A DNA stretch of 64,000 nucleotides, taken from Vicinamibacterales bacterium. Its GTDB lineage: Bacteria; Acidobacteriota; Vicinamibacteria; Vicinamibacterales; UBA8438. Positions within the stretch are counted from its first letter, which is position 1, and every line of letters starts with the position of its first letter. The translations under genes and the position numbers were made by a program. Below the pieces are notes generated by a model. It was not told where the DNA came from and did not search any database. It saw only the letters and a program-made list of their open reading frames with translations. Shown here one piece after another: positions 1-9,335 of the stretch. The stretch spans positions 3,328,524 to 3,392,523 of the forward strand of contig OY759970.1 in assembly GCA_963662965.1 (NCBI GenBank), written 5' to 3'.

Positions 1-1
1 T

Positions 2-673
2 ACGCGAGGAGAGCGGTCGCCGGTGTCGGTGTTCCGAATTCGGCATGACGGGTATCGCGAACCGTTTGTGACCGGCATCACCAACGCGACCTCCCTTGTC
101 TTTGCCCCCGACGGGCGCCTGCACGTGTCGAGCCGATTCGAAGGCACGGTGTATCGGGTGGCCGATGACGGATCGTTCGAGGTGGTGGCGACCGACCTTG
201 GGGTGGCGTGCGGGATGGCCTTCAGTGCCGATGGCACACTGTACGTCGGCGATCGCTCCGGCACGGTGTTTCGCGTGGCGACGTCAGGTCATGCGAGTGC
301 GTTCGCGACCCTGCCGGCAAGCGTCGCGGCGTTCCATCTGGCCTGGGGCCATGACGACGACGGCCTCTACGTCGCGGGGCCGACGCTCTCGTCATACGAC
401 CGCGTCTACCGAATCGATCGTACCGGGCGGGTTGAGCCCGTCAGCTCGAGTTTTGGCCGGCCGCAGGGACTGGCGTTCGATGCCCATGGCGCCTTGTACG
501 TCGTCGAGGCGCTCGCCGGCATGAGCGGGGTGTACCGGCTCGACCGCGACGGCAATCGCACCTGTGTTCTCGCGGGGCCGAATCTCGTCGGGGTCACCTT
601 CGACCCATCCGGCGGTCTCGTGGTGGCGTCGAGTGAGACCGCGTATCGATTCGATGCCGTCCCGCGGACGTGA
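2..673 (+). CDS. beta-propeller protein, SMP-30/gluconolactonase/NHL-repeat-like (5' end outside window)
   Basis: Frame is open to the window edge. Repeated blade-like units (DGxLYV, PxGLAFDxxGxLYV). TGA at 671-673. Confidence 0.55.
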   Translation, partial: TRGERSPVSVFRIRHDGYREPFVTGITNATSLVFAPDGRLHVSSRFEGTVYRVADDGSFEVVATDLGVACGMAFSADGTLYVGDRSGTVFRVATSGHASAFATLPASVAAFHLAWGHDDDGLYVAGPTLSSYDRVYRIDRTGRVEPVSSSFGRPQGLAFDAHGALYVVEALAGMSGVYRLDRDGNRTCVLAGPNLVGVTFDPSGGLVVASSETAYRFDAVPRT

Positions 674-718
674 TAGCATGGACCGTTTGGGGCCCCGGGC
701 ACGGAGCCTCCAGGGACC

Positions 719-3559
719 ATGCCGCACAATTGGATCGACGTGCGCGGGGCTCGCGTTCACAATCTGAAGAACGTCGACGTCCGGCTTCCGCGCAATCAGC
801 TGGTGGTCGTCACGGGCCTCTCCGGCTCCGGTAAATCGTCTCTCGCATTCGACACCGTCTACGCCGAGGGACAGCGTCGATACGTCGAGTCGCTGTCGGC
901 GTACGCCCGACAGTTTCTCGAGCAGGTTGAGAAACCCGATGTCGATCAGATCGACGGGCTTTCTCCCGCGATTTCGATCGAGCAGCGGACGACTGGCTCG
1001 AATCCACGGTCGACGGTCGGCACCGTGACCGAGATCTACGACTATCTCCGACTCCTCTTCGCCAACGTCGGTGTTCCTCACTGTCCGTCGTGCGGCCGAG
1101 AAATCGCGTCGCAATCGGTGGAACGGATGGTCGAGGCTATCATGACCGAACCGATCGAGGAGCGCGTCAACGTGTTGGCACCAATCGTCCGTGGGCGAAA
1201 GGGCGAATTCAAAAAGGAGCTGGCGGCGCTGCGTGCGCGCGGCCTGACGAAGGTGCGTGTTGATGGCGAGGTGCATGCGCTCGAAGACGACCTTCGGCTC
1301 GACCGGCGGAAGAACCATTGGGTCGACGTTGTCGTCGACCGACTGATTGTTCGGTCTGGCGCGGAGCGACGTTTGGGCGAGTCGATCGAATTCGCCCTGT
1401 CGCTGGCCGACGACGTGGTGGTCATCAACACCCACGGTGGTGGCGACCGGCTGTTCTCGCGTCGCCTCGCGTGTGTGGAGTGCGGGATCAACGTGCCGGA
1501 GATGACGCCGAGAGTCTTTTCCTTCAACTCTCCCCACGGTGCTTGTCGCGAGTGTCAGGGGCTTGGTGAGGTCGAGGACTTCGACCCGGCGCGGATCGTG
1601 CCGGACGAGGCCATTTCACTTACCGATGGCGCGATTCGACCGTGGGCCACCGGTGATCGAATGCTGGTCAAGGATGCGCTCGGCAAGCTCTCGAAGACGT
1701 TTGGGATTGACCTGGAGACACCGTTCCGCAAGTTGCCTCGCCGTCAGCGCGATCTGCTGATATTCGGCCCGAATGCCGGCAGCCGACGCACGAGCCGGAC
1801 CAGTGTGGCGGGACGTCGTGGCCGGGCCGGGCGGCGCGATCCGTTCGGGAAGGATTTCGAGGGGATCGTGCCGAATCTGCGGCGCCGCTACGCCGAGGGC
1901 ACGTGGGCACAGCAAGAAGCGCTGGATCCCTACCGGGCATTGCGGCCGTGCGGCGCATGTCACGGCGAACGGCTACGGCCCGAGAGCCGAGCGGTGCGTG
2001 TGAATGGCCGGAGCATGGCCGATTACGTCGGGTTGCCGATCTCGGAGGCGCTGACTGCCTTCGATGATCTCGAACTGAGCGAGCGCGAGGCGCTCGTGGC
2101 CGATCGCGTCCTCCGTGAGATTCGTGACCGGCTGCGCTTTCTTCAGGACGTCGGCGTCGGTTACCTCGCGCTGGCCCGCGGCGCCACGACGCTTTCTGGC
2201 GGTGAGGCGCAGCGGATTCGCCTCGCCACCCAGATTGGCTCCAACCTGACCGGCGTACTGTACGTGCTCGACGAGCCATCGATTGGGCTCCATCAGAGCG
2301 ACAACCGACTGCTGCTCTCGACGCTGGCCCGTCTTCGGGATCTCGGGAACACGGTCGTCGTCGTCGAACACGATGAGGAGACGATTCGCGCGGCCGACTA
2401 CGTGGTTGACCTCGGCCCGGGAGCGGGTGAGCACGGTGGGCAGGTAATTTTCCAAGGCTCGCCAGACGCGCTTTGTTCGCACGGCGACGGATCGCTCACC
2501 GCGATGTATCTGCGGGGCGACCGGAAGATCCCGCTGCCCGAGAAGCGTCGAGCGGCGCGGAAAGGGCGGTTGATGATTCGGGGCGCGCGAGCCAACAACC
2601 TGAAGAACATCGACGTCAGTGTGCCGCTCGGGTTGTTCACCGCGGTGACAGGGGTCAGTGGTTCGGGAAAGTCGACGCTGGTGAACGACATTCTGTACCG
2701 CGCGCTGGCGCGTGTTCTCTATCGCGCTAATGATGACCCAGGGGCCCATGGGTCCATTGAGGGCATGGACTCTGTCGACAAGGTGATCCAGATCGACCAG
2801 TCGCCGATTGGGCGGACGCCCCGGTCGAACCCGGCGACGTACACGGGGCTCTTCACGTTTGTTCGCGACCTCTATTCGATGCTGCCGGAGTCTCGGGCGC
2901 GCGGGTACCGACCCGGACGGTTTTCGTTCAATGTCAAAGGTGGGCGGTGCGAAGCGTGTCAGGGTGACGGTCTGATCGCGATTGAGATGCACTTCCTACC
3001 GGACGTCTACGTTACCTGTGAGCAGTGCAAGGGACGTCGATACAATCGCGAGACCCTTGAAATCAAGTACCGCGGCGTGTCCATTGCGGACATGCTCGAG
3101 ATGACGGTCGACCAAGCGATGCCGCTGCTCGAGAACTTCCCATCGATTGCGACACGATTACGGACGTTGCAGGATGTGGGGCTCGGCTATGTGACGCTCG
3201 GGCAGTCCGCGACGACGCTGAGCGGCGGCGAGGCCCAGCGCGTGAAGCTTGCGAAGGAGTTGTCGCGACGGAGCACGGGTCGGACGTTGTACATCCTGGA
3301 CGAGCCGACGACCGGTCTCCATCTGGAGGACACCCGGCGCCTGCTGGACGTTCTCAATCTGCTGGTTGACCAGGGCAACACCGTCGTCGTCATCGAGCAC
3401 CATCTCGACGTCATCAAAACCGCCGACTACGTCATCGACCTCGGACCGGGCGGCGGCGATGCGGGCGGCGAAGTGATCGTGCAGGGGACACCGGAACAGA
3501 TTGCGGAGCACGCGCAGTCGCAAACCGGTACGTTTTTGCGCAGTCTCCTGCTACACTAA
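719..3559 (+). CDS. uvrA: excinuclease ABC subunit A
   Basis: 946 aa. Two ABC modules ([23 protein letters not shown]), two LSGGE signatures and CxxC zinc-finger pairs, all typical of UvrA. Confidence 0.97.
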   Translation: MPHNWIDVRGARVHNLKNVDVRLPRNQLVVVTGLSGSGKSSLAFDTVYAEGQRRYVESLSAYARQFLEQVEKPDVDQIDGLSPAISIEQRTTGSNPRSTVGTVTEIYDYLRLLFANVGVPHCPSCGREIASQSVERMVEAIMTEPIEERVNVLAPIVRGRKGEFKKELAALRARGLTKVRVDGEVHALEDDLRLDRRKNHWVDVVVDRLIVRSGAERRLGESIEFALSLADDVVVINTHGGGDRLFSRRLACVECGINVPEMTPRVFSFNSPHGACRECQGLGEVEDFDPARIVPDEAISLTDGAIRPWATGDRMLVKDALGKLSKTFGIDLETPFRKLPRRQRDLLIFGPNAGSRRTSRTSVAGRRGRAGRRDPFGKDFEGIVPNLRRRYAEGTWAQQEALDPYRALRPCGACHGERLRPESRAVRVNGRSMADYVGLPISEALTAFDDLELSEREALVADRVLREIRDRLRFLQDVGVGYLALARGATTLSGGEAQRIRLATQIGSNLTGVLYVLDEPSIGLHQSDNRLLLSTLARLRDLGNTVVVVEHDEETIRAADYVVDLGPGAGEHGGQVIFQGSPDALCSHGDGSLTAMYLRGDRKIPLPEKRRAARKGRLMIRGARANNLKNIDVSVPLGLFTAVTGVSGSGKSTLVNDILYRALARVLYRANDDPGAHGSIEGMDSVDKVIQIDQSPIGRTPRSNPATYTGLFTFVRDLYSMLPESRARGYRPGRFSFNVKGGRCEACQGDGLIAIEMHFLPDVYVTCEQCKGRRYNRETLEIKYRGVSIADMLEMTVDQAMPLLENFPSIATRLRTLQDVGLGYVTLGQSATTLSGGEAQRVKLAKELSRRSTGRTLYILDEPTTGLHLEDTRRLLDVLNLLVDQGNTVVVIEHHLDVIKTADYVIDLGPGGGDAGGEVIVQGTPEQIAEHAQSQTGTFLRSLLLH

Positions 3560-3560
3560 C

Positions 3561-3591
3561 GCGGCGGTGGCGCCGCTCCTTCGGGGAAGCG
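3561..3591 (+). terminator. GC-rich hairpins after uvrA (no U-tract)
   Basis: GCGGCG-GTGG-CGCCGC overlaps CCGCTCC-TTCG-GGGAAGCGG, which has a UUCG loop. Confidence 0.3.
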
Positions 3592-3816
3592 GCCCCGCAC
3601 GAACGCTAAGGTGTGGTATGAGAGCCACATTCTTGCGGCTCTTCACCGTTGTTAAAAAGCCACAGTAGAAGTTATGGTTCGACCACGTGCTCTACGTGAT
3701 GAACCATAAGTAGTTGCAACAAATAGCTTTGCTTGGCTGACTATGAAACGTACGTTTGAGGAACGTTTTTTGCTTTAACAAATCAAGCGTCATTGGGATT
3801 ACGTAAACTGTCTGGA

Positions 3817-4725
3817 ATGACGACACAGCGAACACTTAGACGTTCCGTCTCCTGCTCGGGTATCGGCCTACACTCGGGGCAGAAAGTCACCCTTCGACTC
3901 AAGCCTGCTCCGATCGATCACGGGATTCGCTTCAAACGACTCGATCTCGACGGTCTTGAGGTTTCCGCGACAGCTGAGCGGGTCGCGAGGATGAACTACG
4001 CGACCGAGTTGGCGCAGGATGCGGCTTCGGTTGGCACGGTCGAGCATCTGCTCGCGGCGCTGGTGGGACTCGGCGTCGATAACGTGAGCATCGAGTTGAA
4101 TCAGGCCGAAGTGCCGATCATGGACGGGAGCGCCGCGTCGTTCGTCTACTTAGTCCATGAAGCCGGTATCCACACGCTCAAGTCGCCTCGACGTTTTCTC
4201 AAGGTGGTGCGACCCATCACGCTGTCGCGCGGTGACAAGCGGATCGCGGTGTATCCGTCGGATTACTTCAAGGTCACCTACAGCATCAGCTTCGACCATC
4301 CGTTGCTGCGGCACCAATCCCGAACCCAACGTGTGACGGAGGATTCCTTCATCGAGGAGATCGCGCCGGCGCGCACGTTTGGTTTCCTCAAAGAGGTCGA
4401 ACAGCTTCGGCAAAAGGGGCTCGCCCTGGGTGGCTCGCTGGACAACGCGATCGTCCTGGGTGAGACAGGTGTCCTCAACGACTCGTTACGATTCGAGGAT
4501 GAGTTCGTGCGACACAAGATCCTCGACGTGATCGGCGACCTCGCGTTGGTCGGTCACCCGATCATCGGTCACGTTGTCGCGCACCGCGGCGGACATGCGC
4601 TCCACGCGAGATTTGCCCAGAAGATTCTTGATGATGTCGACGCCTGGCGGCTCGTCGAGTCGTCGGTTGACCCGGCGGACGACGCCCCCGCTTCGATCAA
4701 GGTCACCGTGCCCGCCAGCTCCTAG
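3817..4725 (+). CDS. lpxC: UDP-3-O-acyl-N-acetylglucosamine deacetylase
   Basis: MTTQRTL... N-terminus, GxGLHSG, PIMDGSA and HRGGHAL motifs. I prefer ATG 3817 over the TTG at 3793 in the ORF track. Confidence 0.92.
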   Translation: MTTQRTLRRSVSCSGIGLHSGQKVTLRLKPAPIDHGIRFKRLDLDGLEVSATAERVARMNYATELAQDAASVGTVEHLLAALVGLGVDNVSIELNQAEVPIMDGSAASFVYLVHEAGIHTLKSPRRFLKVVRPITLSRGDKRIAVYPSDYFKVTYSISFDHPLLRHQSRTQRVTEDSFIEEIAPARTFGFLKEVEQLRQKGLALGGSLDNAIVLGETGVLNDSLRFEDEFVRHKILDVIGDLALVGHPIIGHVVAHRGGHALHARFAQKILDDVDAWRLVESSVDPADDAPASIKVTVPASS

Positions 4726-4889
4726 TGGCCTGTAACAGCTGAATCAGTAACACTCCGCGGGCGTGGGGCATCCCGCCTGCCTGCGTTACTCCTCGGTCAC
4801 AAATGCCAGACTTTCTCCCTCGTCGCGCCTTGCCAGCTGGGTGCCGCGCGCCGCGGAGTGGTACTGATTCAGCTGTTACAGGCCACTAG
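4722..4889 (-). repeat. family A palindromic interspersed element, copy A1
   Basis: Arms 4722-4760 and 4851-4889 are complementary at 38 of 39 positions. Interior blocks are shared with A2-A6. Confidence 0.9.
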
Positions 4890-4893
4890 TGTC

Positions 4894-5317
4894 CTAGCCT
4901 CGAGCCACCGCTAACGGCGCCGTCGTCAGGTCGACACCAAGGTCGGACGCCAGGCGCTGGGCGAGGTCCATTTCGTCATCCGAGTCGTTCCAGCGAAACA
5001 GGATGTAGCGCCAGTTGATGAAACGGCACGTCGCGTCCAGACCGCTGTTTCTCGTCGGCCATGGCCCGCAGATTCACGAATGCGGCCTCGAGGTCGCCCC
5101 GCTGGCGGTACTTCCCGTAGTGCTTCGGTATCGCACCGTCGAGCGAGAACGTGACTTCGTCGATGCCGGTGTGCACCAACTGCCGTGCGCGCTCCTCACC
5201 GAAGGCGAGGCCGTTCGTGCTGGTGTAGAGATAGATGTGCGGGAAGCGAGACTTGATGTACTCGCACATCGACGAATTTGTATGAGACGTTGAATACGCG
5301 GCGCCGGTCCGCTGCAC
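4894..5317 (-). pseudogene. radical SAM enzyme fragment (no CxxxCxxC core, one frameshift, truncated C-terminus)
   Basis: The ORF reads ...YLYTSTNGLAFGEERARQLVHTGIDEVTFSLDGA...YRQRGDLEAAFVNL.... The continuation FINWRYILFRWNDSDDEMDLAQRLASDLGVD lies in another frame after the T-run near 5021-5023. No N-terminal cluster-binding region is present. Confidence 0.55.
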
Positions 5318-5446
5318 GATCGCATCCCACGCCTGCTGGTCGCCGCACAGGCATGCTTCGATGAGCGCGTCGGTCGAGTCAGGGGAGGGGACGAGCGGAT
5401 CTACGGCCTCGAAGGATTGTACAATGCCGCTTCCGCGACATTATCC

Positions 5447-6688
5447 ATGGCAGGCTTCGCGTTTTCCGATATCGGTATGGCGTGCGACGGCGTCGATCTG
5501 GCGCCCGTCGTCGCGGCTGAGAGGTCTCCGCTCTACGTCTACAGCGCGGCGCTCATCGAGGAGCGCTACCGCGCGCTGGATGCCGCGTTCGGCCACTATC
5601 CGCACCGCGTGCACTATGCGCTCAAAGCCAACTCGACGCTCGCGATCGTCCGTCTGATCGGCGGCATCGGCGGGGCGGTCGACGCGAATTCCGGCGGCGA
5701 GATCGCGGTGGCCCTCCGGGCGGGGATCGACCCGCAGGACGTCGTGTTTACCGGCGTCGGAAAAACCGACGCGGAGCTCGAGCAGGCGGTCGCCCTCGGT
5801 GTCCACGCGATCAATGCCGAGTCGGCGGGGGAGTTGGCCCGCATCGATGGGATTGCGACCGCTCGGGGGCAACGCGCCCGCGTCGCGCTTCGGGTCAATC
5901 CGGACATCGACGCGATGAGTCATCCCGGGATCTCGACCGGGGGGCGCGCGCACAAGTTCGGGGTGCCGCTCGAGGAGGCCGGTGCCGTCTTCCGTGAGGC
6001 AACGAGTCGCCGCGGCCTGAATCTGGTCGGCGTCCATGCGCACGTCGGATCGCAGATCACGACGCTCGACCCCGTGCGGCGGATGGCGGCGGCCATCGCG
6101 ACGTTCGCGCAAGCGCTCGTCGCCGACGGCATTCCGCTTGACTATCTCGATCTTGGTGGCGGGCTCGGCATTTCGTATGACGGGGGACCGTCGCTACCGG
6201 TCGGGGACTACGCACGGACGATCGTCGACGCCGTCGCGCCGACCGGATTGAAGTTACTGGTCGAGCCGGGGCGTTGGATCGTGGGGCCGGCGGGCGCGCT
6301 GCTCGCGACCGTGGTGGATGTCAAGCCGCAGTTGTCGGGCCGCTATTTTGTAGTGCTCGACGCCGGGATGACGGAGTTGATGCGGCCTGCGTTGTACGAC
6401 GCCGTTCACCGAATCGACCCGCTGGTCCCGCGGCACGGTGCGGACGTCACCTGCGACATCGTCGGACCGATCTGCGAGACCACGGACGTGATTCGACTCG
6501 GCCATGCGCTGCCGCTTCCCGAGGTGGGCGACGTCCTCATCGTGCGCGACACCGGCGCGTACGGGTCGGCGATGGCGTCGAACTACAACCGGCATCCGCT
6601 TCCGGCCGAGGTGCTGATCGAGAACGGCCAGTCACGGCTCATTCGCCGGCGGCAGAACGTCGACGATCTGCTGGCGTGCGAGGAGTGA
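5447..6688 (+). CDS. lysA: diaminopimelate decarboxylase
   Basis: Motifs SPLYVYS, ALKANS, HVGSQI, GGGLGI, EPGR, CE..D. The start is uncertain; I prefer ATG 5447 to 5417. Confidence 0.92.
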   Translation: MAGFAFSDIGMACDGVDLAPVVAAERSPLYVYSAALIEERYRALDAAFGHYPHRVHYALKANSTLAIVRLIGGIGGAVDANSGGEIAVALRAGIDPQDVVFTGVGKTDAELEQAVALGVHAINAESAGELARIDGIATARGQRARVALRVNPDIDAMSHPGISTGGRAHKFGVPLEEAGAVFREATSRRGLNLVGVHAHVGSQITTLDPVRRMAAAIATFAQALVADGIPLDYLDLGGGLGISYDGGPSLPVGDYARTIVDAVAPTGLKLLVEPGRWIVGPAGALLATVVDVKPQLSGRYFVVLDAGMTELMRPALYDAVHRIDPLVPRHGADVTCDIVGPICETTDVIRLGHALPLPEVGDVLIVRDTGAYGSAMASNYNRHPLPAEVLIENGQSRLIRRRQNVDDLLACEE

Positions 6689-6700
6689 TCGAGGACAGAC

Positions 6701-7297
6701 ATGTTGGTGGCCATCGAAGGATTGGACCAGAGCGGGAAGGAAACCCAGGCGCAGCGGTTGCGCGACCACGTCAGAGCGGAAGGACACAAGTCCCGCGTCG
6801 TTTCGTTCCCCGACTACGGAACCTCAATCGGCGAAGAGATCGCCCGTGCGCTCCAGGGCGAGCGAGAGTATGGACCGGAGGCGATGCAGCTCCTCTACGT
6901 CGCGAACCGGTTCGAGCGCAAGGCTGACATCGACCGGTGGCACGACGCCGGCCTCGTGGTGCTGTTCGACCGCTACGTCGCGTCGAGCATCGCCTACGGC
7001 GAGGCGCAAGGGCTCGACCCGGCGTGGCTGACGACGCTTCAGGTGTATCTACCCCAACCGGACCTCACGCTCCTGCTCGACATCGCGCCCGAGACCGCCG
7101 TGAGCCGCAAGACGACCGGGCGCGACCGGTATGAGCAAGATCTGACGATGCTCCAGCGTGTCCGAGCAAGCTACCTCCGCCAAGCCGAACATCCCCAATG
7201 GATGCGCGTCGACGGAGAGCAGCCGAAGGATTCGGTCGCGGCCGCGCTCGCGACAGCCATCGCGCCGCACCTAGCGGCGGGCAGGAGCCCGCGGTGA
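6701..7297 (+). CDS. tmk: thymidylate (dTMP) kinase
   Basis: IEGLDQSGKETQ P-loop, DRY motif, about 198 aa. The last 4 codons plus the stop lie in repeat A3. Confidence 0.88.
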   Translation: MLVAIEGLDQSGKETQAQRLRDHVRAEGHKSRVVSFPDYGTSIGEEIARALQGEREYGPEAMQLLYVANRFERKADIDRWHDAGLVVLFDRYVASSIAYGEAQGLDPAWLTTLQVYLPQPDLTLLLDIAPETAVSRKTTGRDRYEQDLTMLQRVRASYLRQAEHPQWMRVDGEQPKDSVAAALATAIAPHLAAGRSPR

Positions 7298-7457
7298 AAG
7301 TCGCGCTGCATTCGACCGACGATGCATCCGGCAAGGGCCCTTGTTGGTCTTCCATGTAGCGGGGTCGCATACTGTCGGTATTCTCCCTCGTCCCGCCTTG
7401 CCAGGCCGGGCGCCTCGCCGGTCTCGGTGCCACGCGCGACTTTCACCGCGGGCTCCT
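7283..7457 (-). repeat. family A element, copy A3
   Basis: Perfect 24-nt arms (7283-7306 / 7434-7457). Core CGGTATTCTCCCTCGTCCCGCCTTGCC. Confidence 0.9.
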
Positions 7458-8201
7458 AAGATGAGCTGACGGGCCGGTGGCCGGCGCCACGCTGAGGGCC
7501 CGCACGCTTCTCGCCCCCGCGTCGACCAGCACGGACGCACACGCCTCGACGGTCGCTCCGGTCGTCACGACGTCGTCTACCAAGAGGATGCGACGTCCGC
7601 GAATGGCCGCGGCGGTGCGGCGTCCGCCGCGCCATTCCCTGAGCCTGAACGCGCCGCCGACGGCGCGCAGACGGTCGCCGCGCGCCAGTACTGCCTGTGG
7701 GCGCGTGTGTCGCGTGCGGCGGAGCGCGTTGACGACCGGCGAGTCGAGACCGGCCGCCAAGTCGGCCGCTTGATTGAACCCGCGTCGCCAGCGCCGCAGC
7801 GGATGCAGCGGCACCGGCACGATGAGGTCGGTGTCCGAGAGCCAAACCTGGCCCGCGGTGCGCATCAGCTGCGTGAGTGGGACCGCGAGCGTTCGCCGGC
7901 CACCGTACTTGAGCGCATGCACGATCGCGCGCAAGGTTTCGTCATGTAGACTGACCGTTCGGCGCGGGGTTGTGAGTCCGGCGGAGCGGGTGCAGGACAC
8001 GCAGTATGCGGGCGGGGCTGCCGCGGCCCACAACGGGATGGCGATGCCGTAGAGATCGCAGACCGGTGGTTCGATTCGTGCGACCCGCTGCCAACAGTCG
8101 ACGCACATCCTACCGCGAGAGGGCGCAACCAGTAGTTCCTCGCAGACCGCGCACCGTGGTGCCCACGCCACCGCCAGCAGGGCGTCGACGACGTGTCGCA
8201 C
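7443..8201 (-). CDS. comF: ComF family phosphoribosyltransferase-like protein
   Basis: N-terminal CxxC...CxxC, and a C-terminal PRTase motif ILLVDDVVTTGATV. I chose GTG 8201, because upstream of it the long ORF overlaps rsfS. The last codons lie in repeat A3. Confidence 0.8.
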   Translation of the reverse strand: MRHVVDALLAVAWAPRCAVCEELLVAPSRGRMCVDCWQRVARIEPPVCDLYGIAIPLWAAAAPPAYCVSCTRSAGLTTPRRTVSLHDETLRAIVHALKYGGRRTLAVPLTQLMRTAGQVWLSDTDLIVPVPLHPLRRWRRGFNQAADLAAGLDSPVVNALRRTRHTRPQAVLARGDRLRAVGGAFRLREWRGGRRTAAAIRGRRILLVDDVVTTGATVEACASVLVDAGARSVRALSVAPATGPSAHLRSPR

Positions 8202-8232
8202 GATACTCGTGGTTGCCGACGCGTTGGGTGGA

Positions 8233-8640
8233 TCAGGATGGCTGCAAACCGGGTGGATCGCTCGGGCGGAGAGGAGAGATTTCGAGACGGGTCGCGCTTC
8301 CCCAGAGGCGCTCGAGGTCGTACTGGCGTCTCGCCTCCCGGGTGAAGACATGCACGATGACATCGAAGCAGTCCATGAGCACCCACTCCGCGTGGTCGTA
8401 CCCTTCGACGTGCGTGGGGCGCGTACCGTCCGCTTTGAGACGGGCGTCGATCGCATCGGTGATCGCCTTGACCTGTCGCGTGCTCTGACCCGAGGCGACG
8501 ACAAAGAAGTCGGTGAATGCGCCGGAGCCGCGTAGATCGAGGACCATGACGTTAAACGCCTTCTTGTCCTCCATCGCGCCGATCACGGTGCGCACCGCCG
8601 TCGGCACGTCGAGCGCCGCGGTCTCGGCAGGCTTACTCAT
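8233..8640 (-). CDS. rsfS: ribosome silencing factor RsfS (iojap)
   Basis: 135 aa. DFFVVASGQSTRQVKAI and WVLMDCFDVIVHVF motifs. ATGA overlap with the nadD stop. Confidence 0.9.
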   Translation of the reverse strand: MSKPAETAALDVPTAVRTVIGAMEDKKAFNVMVLDLRGSGAFTDFFVVASGQSTRQVKAITDAIDARLKADGTRPTHVEGYDHAEWVLMDCFDVIVHVFTREARRQYDLERLWGSATRLEISPLRPSDPPGLQPS

Positions 8641-9335
8641 GCAAACGGCTCACCACCAGACCTGCAGGCATAGAATCGATGGCTGGCGATATACGCTACG
8701 ACCGCTGGGGGGAGCAGGCCATCGATCGAGTCACCCCGCGCCACGCGCTCCCGAATGTCAGACGATGAGACATCGCGGGTGTCCGCGTCCACGAGCCAAA
8801 TAGCTGTCCGGTCTGCGGTTCCGAAGGTTACTGGACCGCGGCCACCGCCGGTCGTTGCCGTCCGCATGCGATCCGCCAGCGTCGGGAGCCGCTGGGGGAG
8901 TTGTGTGGCGGCGAGCCCTGGGCGAGAGACGACGACAAAGTGGCTCCGGTCAAGCAGCCTCGGGTAGTCGTGCCACTGCGCGATTTCTGCGAAGGCGTCG
9001 CCGCCGATGATGAAAAACAACTGCGCGGGGTTGTAGCCGGTCAGGGCGAGCTTCTGTAGCGTCAACGAGGTGTACGACGGCTCCGACGATGACGAGCGGA
9101 GCTCGATATCGCTCACACTGAGGCTCGCGTGGTCGGCCGTCGCGAGCTCCAGCATCGCGAACCGGTGATACCCCGACACCGGTTGCGCCGGTGCCTTGTG
9201 CGGCGGGACTCGGGACGGCACGAAGAGCACCTCGGGCAGCGAGACGGCGCGCTGCGCCGCTAGTGCGGCATCGAGATGGCCGAGATGGACTGGATCGAAG
9301 GTGCCGCCGAGGATGCCGATTCGTGACGCCACCAT
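8637..9335 (-). CDS. nadD: nicotinate-nucleotide adenylyltransferase
   Basis: GILGGTFDPVHLGHL (HxGH) motif and an SSSDIR C-terminal motif. ATG 9335 overlaps the obg stop by 1 nt. Confidence 0.9.
   Translation of the reverse strand: MVASRIGILGGTFDPVHLGHLDAALAAQRAVSLPEVLFVPSRVPPHKAPAQPVSGYHRFAMLELATADHASLSVSDIELRSSSSEPSYTSLTLQKLALTGYNPAQLFFIIGGDAFAEIAQWHDYPRLLDRSHFVVVSRPGLAATQLPQRLPTLADRMRTATTGGGRGPVTFGTADRTAIWLVDADTRDVSSSDIRERVARGDSIDGLLPPAVVAYIASHRFYACRSGGEPFA

Noticed and set aside
392-1537. 381-aa minus-strand ORF overlapping the propeller gene and uvrA
   Set aside because: Arg/Pro/Gly/Asp-rich low-complexity text antisense to a clearly real gene. This is a typical shadow ORF of high-GC DNA.
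4722-4889. Family A elements as integron attC sites (imperfect palindromes at gene 3' ends)
   Set aside because: The arm ends do not fit the RYYYAAC / GTTRRRY core sites. There is no intI gene or cassette array, and the flanking genes are core housekeeping genes.
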